Assembly (NCBI GenBank): GCA_024278335.1
Contig: JAJRTJ010000003.1
Coordinates: 11,586 to 75,585 of the forward strand
Direction of reading: 5' to 3'
From: an archaeon
GTDB lineage: Archaea; Nanobdellota; Nanobdellia; Pacearchaeales; GW2011-AR1
Length of the DNA stretch: 64,000 bases
The notes under the pieces are model-generated. The model was not told where the DNA came from. It saw only the letters and a program-made list of their open reading frames with translations, and made no database searches. Made by a program: the position numbers and the translations under genes. Below, piece after piece: positions 39,752 to 49,760 of this stretch (within the stretch, counting starts at the first letter, position 1; the number at the start of each line of letters is the position of its first letter).

Positions 39752-41086
39752 TTAAACTTTTATTGTTTCAACTTCAAAGTTTCTTTTTAAGCACTTTGTG
39801 AATATTTCTTCTTGTTCTTTTGAAATCAAACATCCTGCTGCGTGCTCATGCCCTCCAACCTCCCCTCCTCCGATTTCTTGGATAACTCTGCTAAGAATCT
39901 GCCGAACATTTCTTCCTTTTCCTCCCACATTTCTTGCAGAGATTTTTATCTTGTCTTCTCTATATGCCATTGTTGTGATAACCGTTCCTTGCTCATATGC
40001 TGGAGAATTTGATAAGATGCTTGCAAGAGTGCCAATAATTGTGTCTTTTATTTGGTCTTTTGCGTTTATTATTACAAATTGTTTTCCTTTAATTTTTGCA
40101 TTTTCTTTAATGTAGTTTAATCCAGATAAAATGTTCTGCCTGTATTTAACATGAATTGATTCTGCTTTTTTTCTTGCTTTTGGGACTTCCATACAAAACA
40201 TTAATGCAGTGGAGGGTTCATCCATTCTTGAGCAAGCATTTATCTTTGCACTCAATTCCCTTGCATCTTCAAGTTTGTTGAATTGTTTAATTAAGAAAAT
40301 ATCTCCAATCAGCTCTTCATTTTTTGAAGTTCTTAACATGATTGCAGTAACTATTTTTGACATTTCTTCTGGAGTTAGTTCAAGGATGCTTTTGTATTTT
40401 CCATTTTTTGGGGTTAATCCGCACTCTCTTAAAAGCTCCAAGACTCCTTTGACATCTCCAGTTACTCCCGGGATATAGGGATTTGAGGAATATTCAAGTG
40501 TTCTGTTAATTGGCCTTGTTGAGGGGTAAATTAAAATTCCTTTTTTTCTTTTTATTTCCCCATCATTTAAAATGTCATGATTTAATTTATCAATTTCTTT
40601 TTCTAATAAGTCTCCCACCATTCCAAGAACTGCGAATTTTGCAAATTCTTTGTTTGAAGCATTCAATTGCTTTGCAAAAAGATAGGTTAGTCCTGAAGAG
40701 CTTATTTTTTGTTTTTGGTCTAATTCTGGGTTTATCATGTTTATTTTTCCTATTTTTTTGTCTGGAAGTTCGTGGTGGTCTATAATAAAAATGTCTGGCG
40801 TGTTTAGTTCCCGGAGTTCTTTTAAACTTCCTGAAGCCAAATCTAAAAAAAGAATCAGTTTGTTTTTTGGAAGAGTTTTTATAAATTCTTTTTCAAGACT
40901 TTTTAAGATTTTTACACTAAATTTTATTTTTTCTTTTTTTAGTGCCTTTATTGCAATACTTGCTGAAGAAATCCCGTCTGTATCAAAATGACTTATTATC
41001 AGGATTTCTTTTTTTTGCAGTGCTTGAACAAATTTTTCTGTAAACGACACTACTTGCTCTTCTAAATTGTTCCCCCTTTTTTCCAT
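39752..41086 (-). CDS. DHH/DHHA1 RecJ-like phosphoesterase
   Basis: SHFDTDG, DHH and GGGEVGGHEHAAG; follows rps15 as is usual in archaea. Confidence 0.9.
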   Translation of the reverse strand: MEKRGNNLEEQVVSFTEKFVQALQKKEILIISHFDTDGISSASIAIKALKKEKIKFSVKILKSLEKEFIKTLPKNKLILFLDLASGSLKELRELNTPDIFIIDHHELPDKKIGKINMINPELDQKQKISSSGLTYLFAKQLNASNKEFAKFAVLGMVGDLLEKEIDKLNHDILNDGEIKRKKGILIYPSTRPINRTLEYSSNPYIPGVTGDVKGVLELLRECGLTPKNGKYKSILELTPEEMSKIVTAIMLRTSKNEELIGDIFLIKQFNKLEDARELSAKINACSRMDEPSTALMFCMEVPKARKKAESIHVKYRQNILSGLNYIKENAKIKGKQFVIINAKDQIKDTIIGTLASILSNSPAYEQGTVITTMAYREDKIKISARNVGGKGRNVRQILSRVIQEIGGGEVGGHEHAAGCLISKEQEEIFTKCLKRNFEVETIKV

Positions 41087-41100
41087 AGTAGAATTTGGAT

Positions 41101-41427
41101 TTATTCTGCCTTGTGATAAATCTTAAGCTTTCTTAAATGCGAGAAAATCCTGTCCCGCTCTCTCATTGCTCTTTTATCTTGCTTGTTTTTTTCAAAATGT
41201 GCAGTAATTCTTGATAATTTTGCTTCAACGTTCTTTAAATCGGGGTTTATATAAAGCCCTTTTTCTTTTAGAATTTGAGAGATTTTTTTATTAAATTCTT
41301 TTGGATGTATTCTTTTTTGTCTCAAACTTTCTCCGATTTTTTCTGCAGTTAATCCTTCTTTTGCTAACTTTAAGACTTCTTTCTCATATTCTGCTTGTGT
41401 CGGTTTTTTTGTCTTTTCTTCTGCCAT
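41101..41427 (-). CDS. rps15: 30S ribosomal protein uS15 (short form)
   Basis: LAKEG…IGESLR and HFEKNKQDK motifs. Confidence 0.88.
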   Translation of the reverse strand: MAEEKTKKPTQAEYEKEVLKLAKEGLTAEKIGESLRQKRIHPKEFNKKISQILKEKGLYINPDLKNVEAKLSRITAHFEKNKQDKRAMRERDRIFSHLRKLKIYHKAE

Positions 41428-41545
41428 GTTAATTTGTTGTAAAGTTGTCTTTTAAATCTTACGTCTGGCTTGTTTTTTAATACTTTGTATTGGATTTTGG
41501 TAGTTACAAGGAAAGGTATTTAAATTTGGTTTATGTTTTTTAAGT

Positions 41546-42343
41546 ATGGGCAAAATAATTGGGGTGGTTAGTTTAAAAGGCGGTGTTGGAAAGACCTCTA
41601 CTGTTGTTGAGCTGGGGTATGCTATTGCAAGTTTTGGGAAAAAAGTTTTGTTAGTAGATGGAAATTTATCTGCTCCAAATCTCGGACTGTATTTTAATGT
41701 TCTTGAGCCAGAAATTACTCTGCATCATGTTTTAGCAAGAAAAGCACATCCTTCTGATGCAGTTTATGAGTTAGATAAAAACATTGACATTATGCCTGCT
41801 TCTCTTTTTTTTAGAGGAGAATTTAATTCTTTAAAATTAAAAGAAAAATTAAGGCTATTAAGAAGAAAATATGATTATATTCTGCTTGATTCTTCCCCCT
41901 CTTTAAATGAAGAAACCCTTGCAGTTATGCTTGCTTCAGATATAATTTTGGTTGTGACAACTCCAGACCATGTTACTCTTGGGACAACGATTAAAGCAGT
42001 AAAAAAAGCCAGGCAAAGAGGTGCTCCGATTAAGGGAATTGTTTTAAATAAGGTTCATGATAAGGATTTTGAATTGTCTTTGTCTGATATAGAAAATGTT
42101 TTAGGAATTCCTGTTTTGGCAGTTATAAGATATAATCTTGATTTGCTTAAATCCCTTTCTGAATTTAATTCTTTAGTTAATACTAAACCAAAAGTAAAAG
42201 AGAGCCATGAATATAAAATTCTCGCAGCAACATTAATTGGAGAAAAATACAAGAAGCCATTCAGCTTAAAGAAGTTTTTTTCTATTGCTCCCAAGAAAGA
42301 AGAGATTAATAGAACAATTTATTATGAACAGGTTTTTGGGTAA
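41546..42343 (+). CDS. MinD/ParA-family ATPase
   Basis: Deviant Walker A KGGVGKT; VLLVDG; DSSP. Confidence 0.9.
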   Translation: MGKIIGVVSLKGGVGKTSTVVELGYAIASFGKKVLLVDGNLSAPNLGLYFNVLEPEITLHHVLARKAHPSDAVYELDKNIDIMPASLFFRGEFNSLKLKEKLRLLRRKYDYILLDSSPSLNEETLAVMLASDIILVVTTPDHVTLGTTIKAVKKARQRGAPIKGIVLNKVHDKDFELSLSDIENVLGIPVLAVIRYNLDLLKSLSEFNSLVNTKPKVKESHEYKILAATLIGEKYKKPFSLKKFFSIAPKKEEINRTIYYEQVFG

Positions 42344-42383
42344 TTAGATAGTTTTAAAAATAATTTGAATTTTTCTTTATTAA

Positions 42384-42456
42384 AGCCCTGTAGTATAGCG
42401 GTCAAATATCCTGCCCTTTGGAGGCAGTGACCCAGGTTCGAATCCTGGCAGGGCTA
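42384..42456 (+). tRNA. tRNA-Gln(UUG)
   Basis: AGCCCTG/CAGGGCT acceptor stem, CTGCC-CTTTGGA-GGCAG anticodon arm and GGTTCGAATCC T arm. Confidence 0.96.
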
Positions 42457-42494
42457 TTTCATAACATATATAAAGCTTTTTTCTAATTTTTTAT

Positions 42495-43280
42495 ATGGAA
42501 AAAGAATCTTATCATACTCATACAACTATTTCCGATGGAAAACTTTCTCCAAGAGAGTTAATTGAATTTGCCATTAAAAAAGGGTTTAAAACCCTTGCAA
42601 TAACTGATCATTACTCCCGCCCACCAAAAGTAGATGCATCTGGGTGGAGTAGCGGGTTTTATACGGAAAGTCATTATCTTCAATTAAAAAAATTAAAAAA
42701 AGAGTATAAAGATAAAATCTGCATTTTAATTGGGGCAGAATTTGAGTGGTATTCCAGTAAAAAAGGGTGGTTATTCGCAGAAGTTGATAAAAGAGATTAT
42801 GATATAAAAATAATTTCTGTTCATCAAATACCTGTTAATGGAAAATATTATCCAATTAATTATTCTGAAGAAACCTTTGATGAGGTCTTGGATCTTTTAG
42901 GCGGGGACATAAAAAAACTGGTGGTTATTTACTACAACGCTTTAAGAGAAGCAATTAATAGTAAGAAGTTTGATATTGTCGGTCATTTTGATGTAATAAA
43001 AAGTCTTAATGGAAATTCAAAATATTTTTCTGAGAAGGCTGGCTGGTATAGAGAAGAGGTTATCAGGACTTTGAATGTTCTTGGGGAGAGTGGTATGAAA
43101 ATGGAGATTCATTTACAGGGATTTCTTCGGGCCTGCAAGGAACAATGGCCGAGCAAATGGATTATTGAAGAGGCAAGAAAAAGGGGAATCAGGTTTGTTG
43201 TTGGAACTGATGCTCATGGGAGATTTGATTTGGACTACAATTGCGAAGAAATAGAAAAAATAATTGGGGAAAATGTTTAG
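42495..43280 (+). CDS. PHP-family phosphatase (HisJ/HisK-like)
   Basis: HTHT..SDG, ITDH, GHFD and GTDAH. Confidence 0.88.
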   Translation: MEKESYHTHTTISDGKLSPRELIEFAIKKGFKTLAITDHYSRPPKVDASGWSSGFYTESHYLQLKKLKKEYKDKICILIGAEFEWYSSKKGWLFAEVDKRDYDIKIISVHQIPVNGKYYPINYSEETFDEVLDLLGGDIKKLVVIYYNALREAINSKKFDIVGHFDVIKSLNGNSKYFSEKAGWYREEVIRTLNVLGESGMKMEIHLQGFLRACKEQWPSKWIIEEARKRGIRFVVGTDAHGRFDLDYNCEEIEKIIGENV

Positions 43281-43288
43281 GGTTTTGT

Positions 43289-43978
43289 TTAATGCTTATA
43301 CTTCCCTCTTCTTTCTACAATCTTTAATCTTTCTAAAACTTTCTTTGCTTCTGTTGGCTCAATAGAAAGATATCCTTTTTCAAATTCTTTGAAAAGTTCC
43401 TGCCAGTTTTGAAAATGTTTTGCTTCAAGTGCTTGTTTTAGTAAATGAATGTCTACTGCCTTGTTTTCATATTTTCCATTTTGAAATCCAAGTCCGAAAT
43501 CTATGAAATAAAGGGAACCAAAGTTTCCCTTTATCAAACCCTCCTTTGAATTAGGGTCATGCCTGATAACTTTATCTTCTACCCAAATCATATTGCTTGT
43601 CGTTAAATCTCCGTGAATGATATTTGCTTGATGAAGTTTTGAAACAGATTCTCCAATTTGTTTTAAGATTTGTTTTTGTTTGTTTAACTCAATGTTATTT
43701 AATTCTTGGGAAAGTTTCTTTCCTTTGATAAAATCCATTTTAATTTTGGCTTCTTGTTCAAAAATTTCTTGAACTTTTGGAGCAGGGATTATTTTTCTTG
43801 CTTTTTCTAAAATTTTTGCTTCTGCTCTTGTTCTTCTTGTTCTGATTTTTGAATCTATTTCTGAAAGCCGATATGATTTTGGAATTCTTTTTTTGAGAAT
43901 AAAATTATCTTGCTGTTCAATTATTGCTTCTGCTCCTTGTGCGAGAATCTTGGTTTTGAGTTTCATCTTTGACTCCAA
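43289..43978 (-). CDS. bud32: KEOPS kinase Bud32
   Basis: QGAEA, HGDLTTSN, IDFGLG and C-terminal RRGKY. Confidence 0.93.
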   Translation of the reverse strand: MESKMKLKTKILAQGAEAIIEQQDNFILKKRIPKSYRLSEIDSKIRTRRTRAEAKILEKARKIIPAPKVQEIFEQEAKIKMDFIKGKKLSQELNNIELNKQKQILKQIGESVSKLHQANIIHGDLTTSNMIWVEDKVIRHDPNSKEGLIKGNFGSLYFIDFGLGFQNGKYENKAVDIHLLKQALEAKHFQNWQELFKEFEKGYLSIEPTEAKKVLERLKIVERRGKYKH

Positions 43979-44298
43979 ATTTCAGTTAGATATAAGTCGT
44001 GGGTTAATCCTCCCTGAGTTACTGGAGATTTATATTTACATATTTCATAGGCCCTAGAATTAAATTTAAGTTGTATGCCTTCCATTTCTTCCCATGATTC
44101 TGCTGTTTTTGGAATCGGAGTTTCAACCAATAATTCTGATTGCTTTGGGACAAAAACCAATTCACCTTTTTTCTCTGGAATTACTTCTCCTTCATGAGCA
44201 AGAGGTGCTTTTATTGTAGTTCCCCTTTTGGCTTCTTCTACTTCTTCCATTGTAACCATCCAATATAAATCTCCATTATTACAAGTATTTGGCTCCAT
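43963..44298 (-). CDS. Hypothetical protein
   Basis: 111-aa ORF tightly packed between srp54 and bud32. Confidence 0.6.
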   Translation of the reverse strand: MEPNTCNNGDLYWMVTMEEVEEAKRGTTIKAPLAHEGEVIPEKKGELVFVPKQSELLVETPIPKTAESWEEMEGIQLKFNSRAYEICKYKSPVTQGGLTHDLYLTEIWSQR

Positions 44299-44301
44299 TT
44301 T

Positions 44302-45669
44302 TTAAAACCTCATTTGTTTTTTCTTTCCAAATTTTCTTGCAAGTTTCATTAGTTGTTTTTGGTCAAGTCCTTTTGAGATGTCTATTGAAGAACTTTGCTT
44401 AACTAAATCAGAAAGCATTTTGTATTGTTTGAGCAGGGAGCGAACTTCAGATGTTTTTGTTCCTGAACCATTTGCAATTCTTCTAATTCTTGAAGTCTGT
44501 TTTTCAAGAAGCTCTGGATTTTCTTTTTCTTTTTTAGTCATTGATTTAATAATATGTTCCCATTTAGCAATTTTTTCTTGCTGTTGTTCCATTATGCCTT
44601 CAGGGATTTTAGCACTTCCCATTCCAGGAATCATTGATTTGAGTTTATCAAATCCCCCAAGAGAATTCATTGATTTAACTTGTTCAACGACATCTTCAAG
44701 AGTTAGTTTTCCTTGTTCAAGTCTTTTCTGCATCTCTTTTTGCTCATCTTCATTTGTTATGGATTTTATTTTGTTGATTAAGACTTCAAGGTCTCCCATT
44801 CCAAGAAGACGCGATAAAAATGATTCTGGATTAAACTCTTCAATGTCGTTTATTTTTTCCCCTGTTGTGATAAAGTAAACTCCTGCTTTGGTTTCTGCAC
44901 AGGCAGTTAGTGCCCCCCCTGCTTTTGCAGAAGAGTCCATTCTGGTGATTATTACCCCTGTAATGTCTAAGGCTTCTTTAAATTGTGAGGCTTGAGTTTT
45001 TGCAGCTTGTCCAATATCTGCAGGCATAACTAGGATTGTTTCAGTTGGTTTGATTTTTTTCTCGAGGTCTTTGATTTCTTTAACTAATTCTTTATCTAAG
45101 GCGTGTCTTCCTGCTGTGTCTATTAAAACAAGGTCAAATTCTTTTAGCTCTTTTTCAAAAGATTTCCATGTTTTTAGAGCATTATTTTCTTTTTCATTAA
45201 TAAAGTATGAAAGTTTGTTTTTTTCTGCAAGTTGTTTAATTTGTTGTTTTGCTGCAGGCCTATGGACATCTAATCCAACAAGTGCTACCTTTTTTCCTCT
45301 TTTTGAAAACCAGTTTCCTATTTTTGCAATTGTGGTAGTTTTTCCTGCACCATATAGTCCAATGAGCATTATTCTGTTTTGGCCTTTTTTGAGTTCAAGT
45401 TTTTGCTCTTTTCCCAAGATGCTTAAAAGTTCATCATGAAGGAGTTTAATGATGTGCTCTTTTTTTTCAATTTCTTTTATTTTTTCATCAAATGCAGCTT
45501 TTTTGATTTTATCTGATAACTTTTTTATAAGAAGGATATCTACATCTGCTTCAATAAGTGCTCTTTGCAGGTCTTTTACAATTGTATTAACTAGGTTTTT
45601 GTCTAAAAAAATGGCATTCGCTATTTTATCTTTTGTTTTTTTAAGTGTTGCTCCTAATTTTTCTAACAT
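44302..45669 (-). CDS. srp54: Signal recognition particle protein SRP54
   Basis: GLYGAGKTT, DTAGRH and a Met-rich M domain with RIANGSG. Confidence 0.97.
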   Translation of the reverse strand: MLEKLGATLKKTKDKIANAIFLDKNLVNTIVKDLQRALIEADVDILLIKKLSDKIKKAAFDEKIKEIEKKEHIIKLLHDELLSILGKEQKLELKKGQNRIMLIGLYGAGKTTTIAKIGNWFSKRGKKVALVGLDVHRPAAKQQIKQLAEKNKLSYFINEKENNALKTWKSFEKELKEFDLVLIDTAGRHALDKELVKEIKDLEKKIKPTETILVMPADIGQAAKTQASQFKEALDITGVIITRMDSSAKAGGALTACAETKAGVYFITTGEKINDIEEFNPESFLSRLLGMGDLEVLINKIKSITNEDEQKEMQKRLEQGKLTLEDVVEQVKSMNSLGGFDKLKSMIPGMGSAKIPEGIMEQQQEKIAKWEHIIKSMTKKEKENPELLEKQTSRIRRIANGSGTKTSEVRSLLKQYKMLSDLVKQSSSIDISKGLDQKQLMKLARKFGKKKQMRF

Positions 45670-45717
45670 GTTTTTAGAAGTCTAAGGGGGATTATTAAGT
45701 TTTTGGGTTTTGGAAAA

Positions 45718-46878
45718 TTACAGCCCCAACTTCTTAATAAAATCTTTTTTATTAAATTCTTCAAGCTTGTCGTATTCTTGTCCTGTTCCGAGATAAATAA
45801 TTGGTTTGTTTGTAACTTGGCCTACTGAAAGTGCTGTCCCCCCCTTTTCATCAATGTCTGCTTTGCTGAGAATAATTGCATCTATTTCCACTGCTTCATT
45901 AAATGCCTTTGCTTGTTCTGTTGAGTCGTTTCCAGAGATACTTTCTCCTACAAAGATTTTGAGATTTGGCTTGCAAACTCTGGCGATTTTTTTTATTTCT
46001 TGCATCAGGTTCTTGTCCGTATACATCCTTCCAGCAGTATCTATGAGAACTACGTCGATGTTGTGTTTTTTTGCATATTGGATTGCATCAAATCCTACTG
46101 AGGCAGGGTCTGAACCATATTCATGAGCAATAACTGGAATTTTTAATTTTTCTCCATGAGTTTTTAATTGGTCAATTGCAGCTGCTCGAAAAGTATCTGC
46201 TGCAGCCAGAACAGATTTAAGTTTTTTCTTTTTTAATTTATGAGCAAGTTTTGCGAGGGTCGTTGTTTTTCCAGACCCATTGATTCCACAAAAAAGAATA
46301 ACATATGGTTTTCCTTCTTGTTTTAAGGAGGCAATTTCTTCAACAAGATTAAATGGTTCAATTAAAACTTCTTCAATTGTTTTTTTAAGAGATTCGCTAA
46401 TCTCCTTTTCCAGTTCTTGTTTTTCAATTTCTTTTCCAACAATTTTTTGCTTGAGCGGTTCTATAATTTTGTCTGAAACCCCAAGAGCAACATTATTTTC
46501 AAGCAAAATCATTTCTAATTCTTCAGAATATTCTTCAAAATCTTTTTCACTAATTATTGTATGTGAAAACTTTTCCTTTAGCTTTGAGAAAAATCCTTTT
46601 TTTTCAGGAGATTCTTGTTCTTGAGAGGGCGATTTTTTTTCAAGTTCTTTTTTTATTTCTTCAAGTTTTTCTGTGTCTGGGGTTCTTACCCCGGTTATAG
46701 CAATTGAATCTAGTTTAAGAGGAATTTCTATTTCTTTGATATCTTCTTTTTTGCCTTTTTTTGGTGTTTTTGTTTTCTTGGGTTTTTCTTTTAATTTTTT
46801 CTCACTCTCTTCTATTGCCTTTTCCTTATGGACTTTCTTTGTCCATTTCTTTATTTTATCTTTTAAAAACTTGAACAT
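45718..46878 (-). CDS. ftsY: SRP receptor FtsY
   Basis: GINGSGKTT, DTFRAAA, DTAGR and GQEYD. Confidence 0.97.
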   Translation of the reverse strand: MFKFLKDKIKKWTKKVHKEKAIEESEKKLKEKPKKTKTPKKGKKEDIKEIEIPLKLDSIAITGVRTPDTEKLEEIKKELEKKSPSQEQESPEKKGFFSKLKEKFSHTIISEKDFEEYSEELEMILLENNVALGVSDKIIEPLKQKIVGKEIEKQELEKEISESLKKTIEEVLIEPFNLVEEIASLKQEGKPYVILFCGINGSGKTTTLAKLAHKLKKKKLKSVLAAADTFRAAAIDQLKTHGEKLKIPVIAHEYGSDPASVGFDAIQYAKKHNIDVVLIDTAGRMYTDKNLMQEIKKIARVCKPNLKIFVGESISGNDSTEQAKAFNEAVEIDAIILSKADIDEKGGTALSVGQVTNKPIIYLGTGQEYDKLEEFNKKDFIKKLGL

Positions 46879-46998
46879 CTTAATTTTTCTTTGATTTCTT
46901 TGCTTTTATTCTTTACTAATATCTTGCATTGTTACCTTAAAGGTTGGTGAGGAATAAAAAATAGAAAGATTGAAATATCTTCAGACTATAAGATTTTT

Positions 46999-48245
46999 AT
47001 GGTAGAAAAACAATCTAAAAACAACAAAAAGATAGAGAAAGTTGAAAAGAAAAGTAAAGATATTAAGAAGTGGGTAGAAAAAGAGATAATAATAAGGGAA
47101 TGGTTTGGGAAAGGAAAATTATCAGTAAGTATCACTAAACCTTATGATGAAAAAAATGATCCAAGTAAAAAGATTAGTTTATTTAAAGGGTGGATTAATA
47201 AGGAAAATCAATCCCCCGTACCAAACATAATAAACAAGGGTAAAGCATTTTATAATAAGCAAAAGTTTACTATAAAAAACTATGACGATTTAGTTGGAAT
47301 ATTGGAAGCGATACAAGAATGTGCTAAAGAATTGGGTTGGGAAGTTGAAGAGACTATTTCTACAATATATAGCAATAAAAAATTAACAAGTCAATAACAG
47401 ATTTAATTGAAAAGAGTCCCGAATCTGGATTAAAGATATTAAAAGCATTTTCTGATGAGATTAAAAAGAAAGGAAAAATTGATGAAAAAGATTTATATTT
47501 ATTCAACAATTTAATGGAAGTTATTTTTGATACAAAAAATAGTGTTGAATTAAAAAGAAAAGAAGAATTAAGAGATTTAATCCCAAAATTAAGTGAAGAG
47601 GATCCAAATGCTCTTGAAGTTTTTAATAAATTAATTGATGACTGGTATTTGGAAGACATTAACACTTACACATTGGCTTTAACAAATCGTATTTCTAGGA
47701 TTGACGAATTTGGAGATTTAATTACAAATGAAAAAGCATATGAAACAAAGAGGAAAGATAAAATCAACTCTGTCCATGCCTTCTTAGAAAAGAATTTCTG
47801 GATTATTGATAAAGATTATAGATTAATTTCAAGTGATGTCACAATTAAAAAATTAGTTCAAAAAGATTTAGAGAAAAAAGATAAAAGCCAAGAGAAAAAG
47901 AGACCTGATTTTGTCTTTATGAGTTCTAAAGATAATTCTGTTTTGGTAGTAGTCGAAATTAAAAGGCCAAGTCATAAATTAAAAATAGAGGATGGAAATC
48001 AATTAATGAACTATCGTTCTCTTTTAGAAGAATATTTGAGTAAAAGATTCAAAATCTTTAAAGGGTTTCTGATTGGAAACAAATTAGATAGCACTTTAGA
48101 AAGGAATAAAAAAGGATGGAGCGAGATAAAAGTCAAGACATATTCAGAGATCATTAAGGAAGTTCGTGGAGAATATGAAGAACATTTAAAGGCATTAACA
48201 GAAAAGAAAGATATTCATTTAAAATCTAAGAAACAAAAGAATTGA
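46999..48245 (+). CDS. Frameshifted ~415-aa protein with C-terminal PD-(D/E)xK nuclease (ORFs 46999..47397 and 47514..48245 joined)
   Basis: The second frame opens at 47379, inside the A6 run at 47377-47382. Nuclease motifs are HAFLEKNFW, RPDF, VVVEIKRP and QLMNY. Confidence 0.75.
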
Positions 48246-49162
48246 TTCTTGCTCATCTTAATCAACTCCAACCACTTATTATTTTCTTTCAATTCCAAAT
48301 CAGTAGCCAATTCATAAGGACATCTCCCTATTGCCTGATGTTTCCTTATGAAATTATAGTAAATTTCAATTCCTTTCATTATTGCTTGTGCAGATTCCAA
48401 ACTTCCATGAAAACCCCTAAATGTCTTAGTCCTTTCCCTTATTGAATTATGCAACCTCTCAATAAACAGATTAAATCCTTCTCCTTTTGAAGCATTAACT
48501 TTGTTATGAATTATTGTATATCTTCCTTTCTTGTTGTCATAACCCCAAGTTTTTTTAACAACATTTTCATAAGCAGTTAAGCCGTCTGTTGTAATTGTTG
48601 TTACATAACCTTCTGTTTTGTATTTGACTTTTCTCAAAACTTCTTTAATTTCTGTTTTTTCTCTTTTCTTAACATATTTTGAGGCAACCATGAAACGAGT
48701 ATGAACATCAATAGAATCAATAAACCAATCTTTGCAGACTCCTTTTTTCTTGTGTTCTTCTCTCCTATGATATTCCATTTCATCTATTTGAATCTCCTGT
48801 CCTGTTTTTACTTTTAGTTTATCTGTAAATTTGCTTATCATTTTTGAATATTTTACAACCCACTTATAGATGGATTTATGGCTTGAATTATGGGGGTAAA
48901 ATGCTTGAAAATGCTCCTGCACTTTTCTTGTTGAAACCCCTTTATAGAATAAATCAATTGCACAAGTTATTTTATTTGGATGATTTCTCATTCTGAAAAA
49001 TCCATCATCAATTGTAAAAGTCTTGTTACATTCTTTACATTTGTATCTTTGAATTAATCCTCTGTTTTGTGTTTTTCTTTTTGTCCATTTTATTACACTA
49101 CTGCTTTTACAATTAGGGCAAATCTTTTTAACTTCTGCTTTCTTATTTTTATTGTTATTCAT
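48215..49162 (-). CDS. IS6-family-like DDE transposase with N-terminal Zn ribbon
   Basis: CPNC…RYKCKEC, an HTH, and IQIDE / ITTDG / IERLHN; the frame is intact. Confidence 0.9.
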   Translation of the reverse strand: MNNNKNKKAEVKKICPNCKSSSVIKWTKRKTQNRGLIQRYKCKECNKTFTIDDGFFRMRNHPNKITCAIDLFYKGVSTRKVQEHFQAFYPHNSSHKSIYKWVVKYSKMISKFTDKLKVKTGQEIQIDEMEYHRREEHKKKGVCKDWFIDSIDVHTRFMVASKYVKKREKTEIKEVLRKVKYKTEGYVTTITTDGLTAYENVVKKTWGYDNKKGRYTIIHNKVNASKGEGFNLFIERLHNSIRERTKTFRGFHGSLESAQAIMKGIEIYYNFIRKHQAIGRCPYELATDLELKENNKWLELIKMSKNQFFCFLDFK

Positions 49163-49215
49163 TTTGTCGTGGATAACAAAGAGGGGTGTTCGCGCACCCT
49201 TCTTCTCTCTATTAT

Positions 49216-49283
49216 TATATACCTATTAGGTATATAGCCTTTATAAATATTTCTATTATTGAGTATATAAGATTAGGTATATA
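49216..49283. promoter_or_regulatory. Palindromic operator(s) in the divergent transposase/zinc-ribbon promoter
   Basis: TATATACCTA-T-TAGGTATATA at 49216-49236; the half-site ATTAGGTATATA recurs at 49272-49283; TTTATAAA boxes on both strands. Confidence 0.65.
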
Positions 49284-49320
49284 TCAAAAGGTTTATAAAT
49301 AACAAAGACATTATTTTGTT

Positions 49321-49500
49321 ATGGGAAAGAAAGAAGAGGAATTTGGATATAATGTTTTTATTAAGGGAAATAGATGTTATAGGTGCGGACATAAATGGGT
49401 TCAAAGAGAAAATGATAAACCGCGCATATGCCCAAAATGTAAATCTCCTTATTGGGATAAACCAAAGACTAAATTTGTAAAAGAAGATAAGAGAAAATGA
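49321..49500 (+). CDS. 59-aa zinc-ribbon protein (not in the ORF track)
   Basis: CYRCGHKW…PRICPKCKSPYWD; ATGA overlap with the next gene. Confidence 0.88.
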   Translation: MGKKEEEFGYNVFIKGNRCYRCGHKWVQRENDKPRICPKCKSPYWDKPKTKFVKEDKRK

Positions 49501-49760
49501 ATAAACAAGAAGAAATTTTAGAATTAAAAAAACTATACTTAATCCAATTTGAAAAATTTGAAACAAAAGTTTTTCTTTCATGGTTAACTATTTTTTTTGG
49601 AGTGTTTATTGCATGGATATATGGGAAGGTTAATGGCTCGCTTGTAATAATACTTGCGCTATTTACAATGCTTTTAGACGGAATAATTGAGTTATGGAGA
49701 AAGAAATCATTTAATATAGTTATAAATGAAATAAAAGAAGAAAATCTTGGAGAAATTTAA
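49497..49760 (+). CDS. Small 2-TM membrane protein
   Basis: Two hydrophobic helices; translationally coupled to the zinc-ribbon gene. Confidence 0.7.
   Translation: MNKQEEILELKKLYLIQFEKFETKVFLSWLTIFFGVFIAWIYGKVNGSLVIILALFTMLLDGIIELWRKKSFNIVINEIKEENLGEI

Noticed and set aside
44378-46894. Series of plus-strand ORFs rich in Ser/Phe/Ile, and similar short ORFs elsewhere in the track
   Set aside because: They are antisense shadows of srp54, ftsY and other Lys/Glu-rich genes.
49273-49581. 102-aa minus-strand ORF in the transposon
   Set aside because: It overlaps the better-supported plus-strand zinc-ribbon and 2-TM genes.
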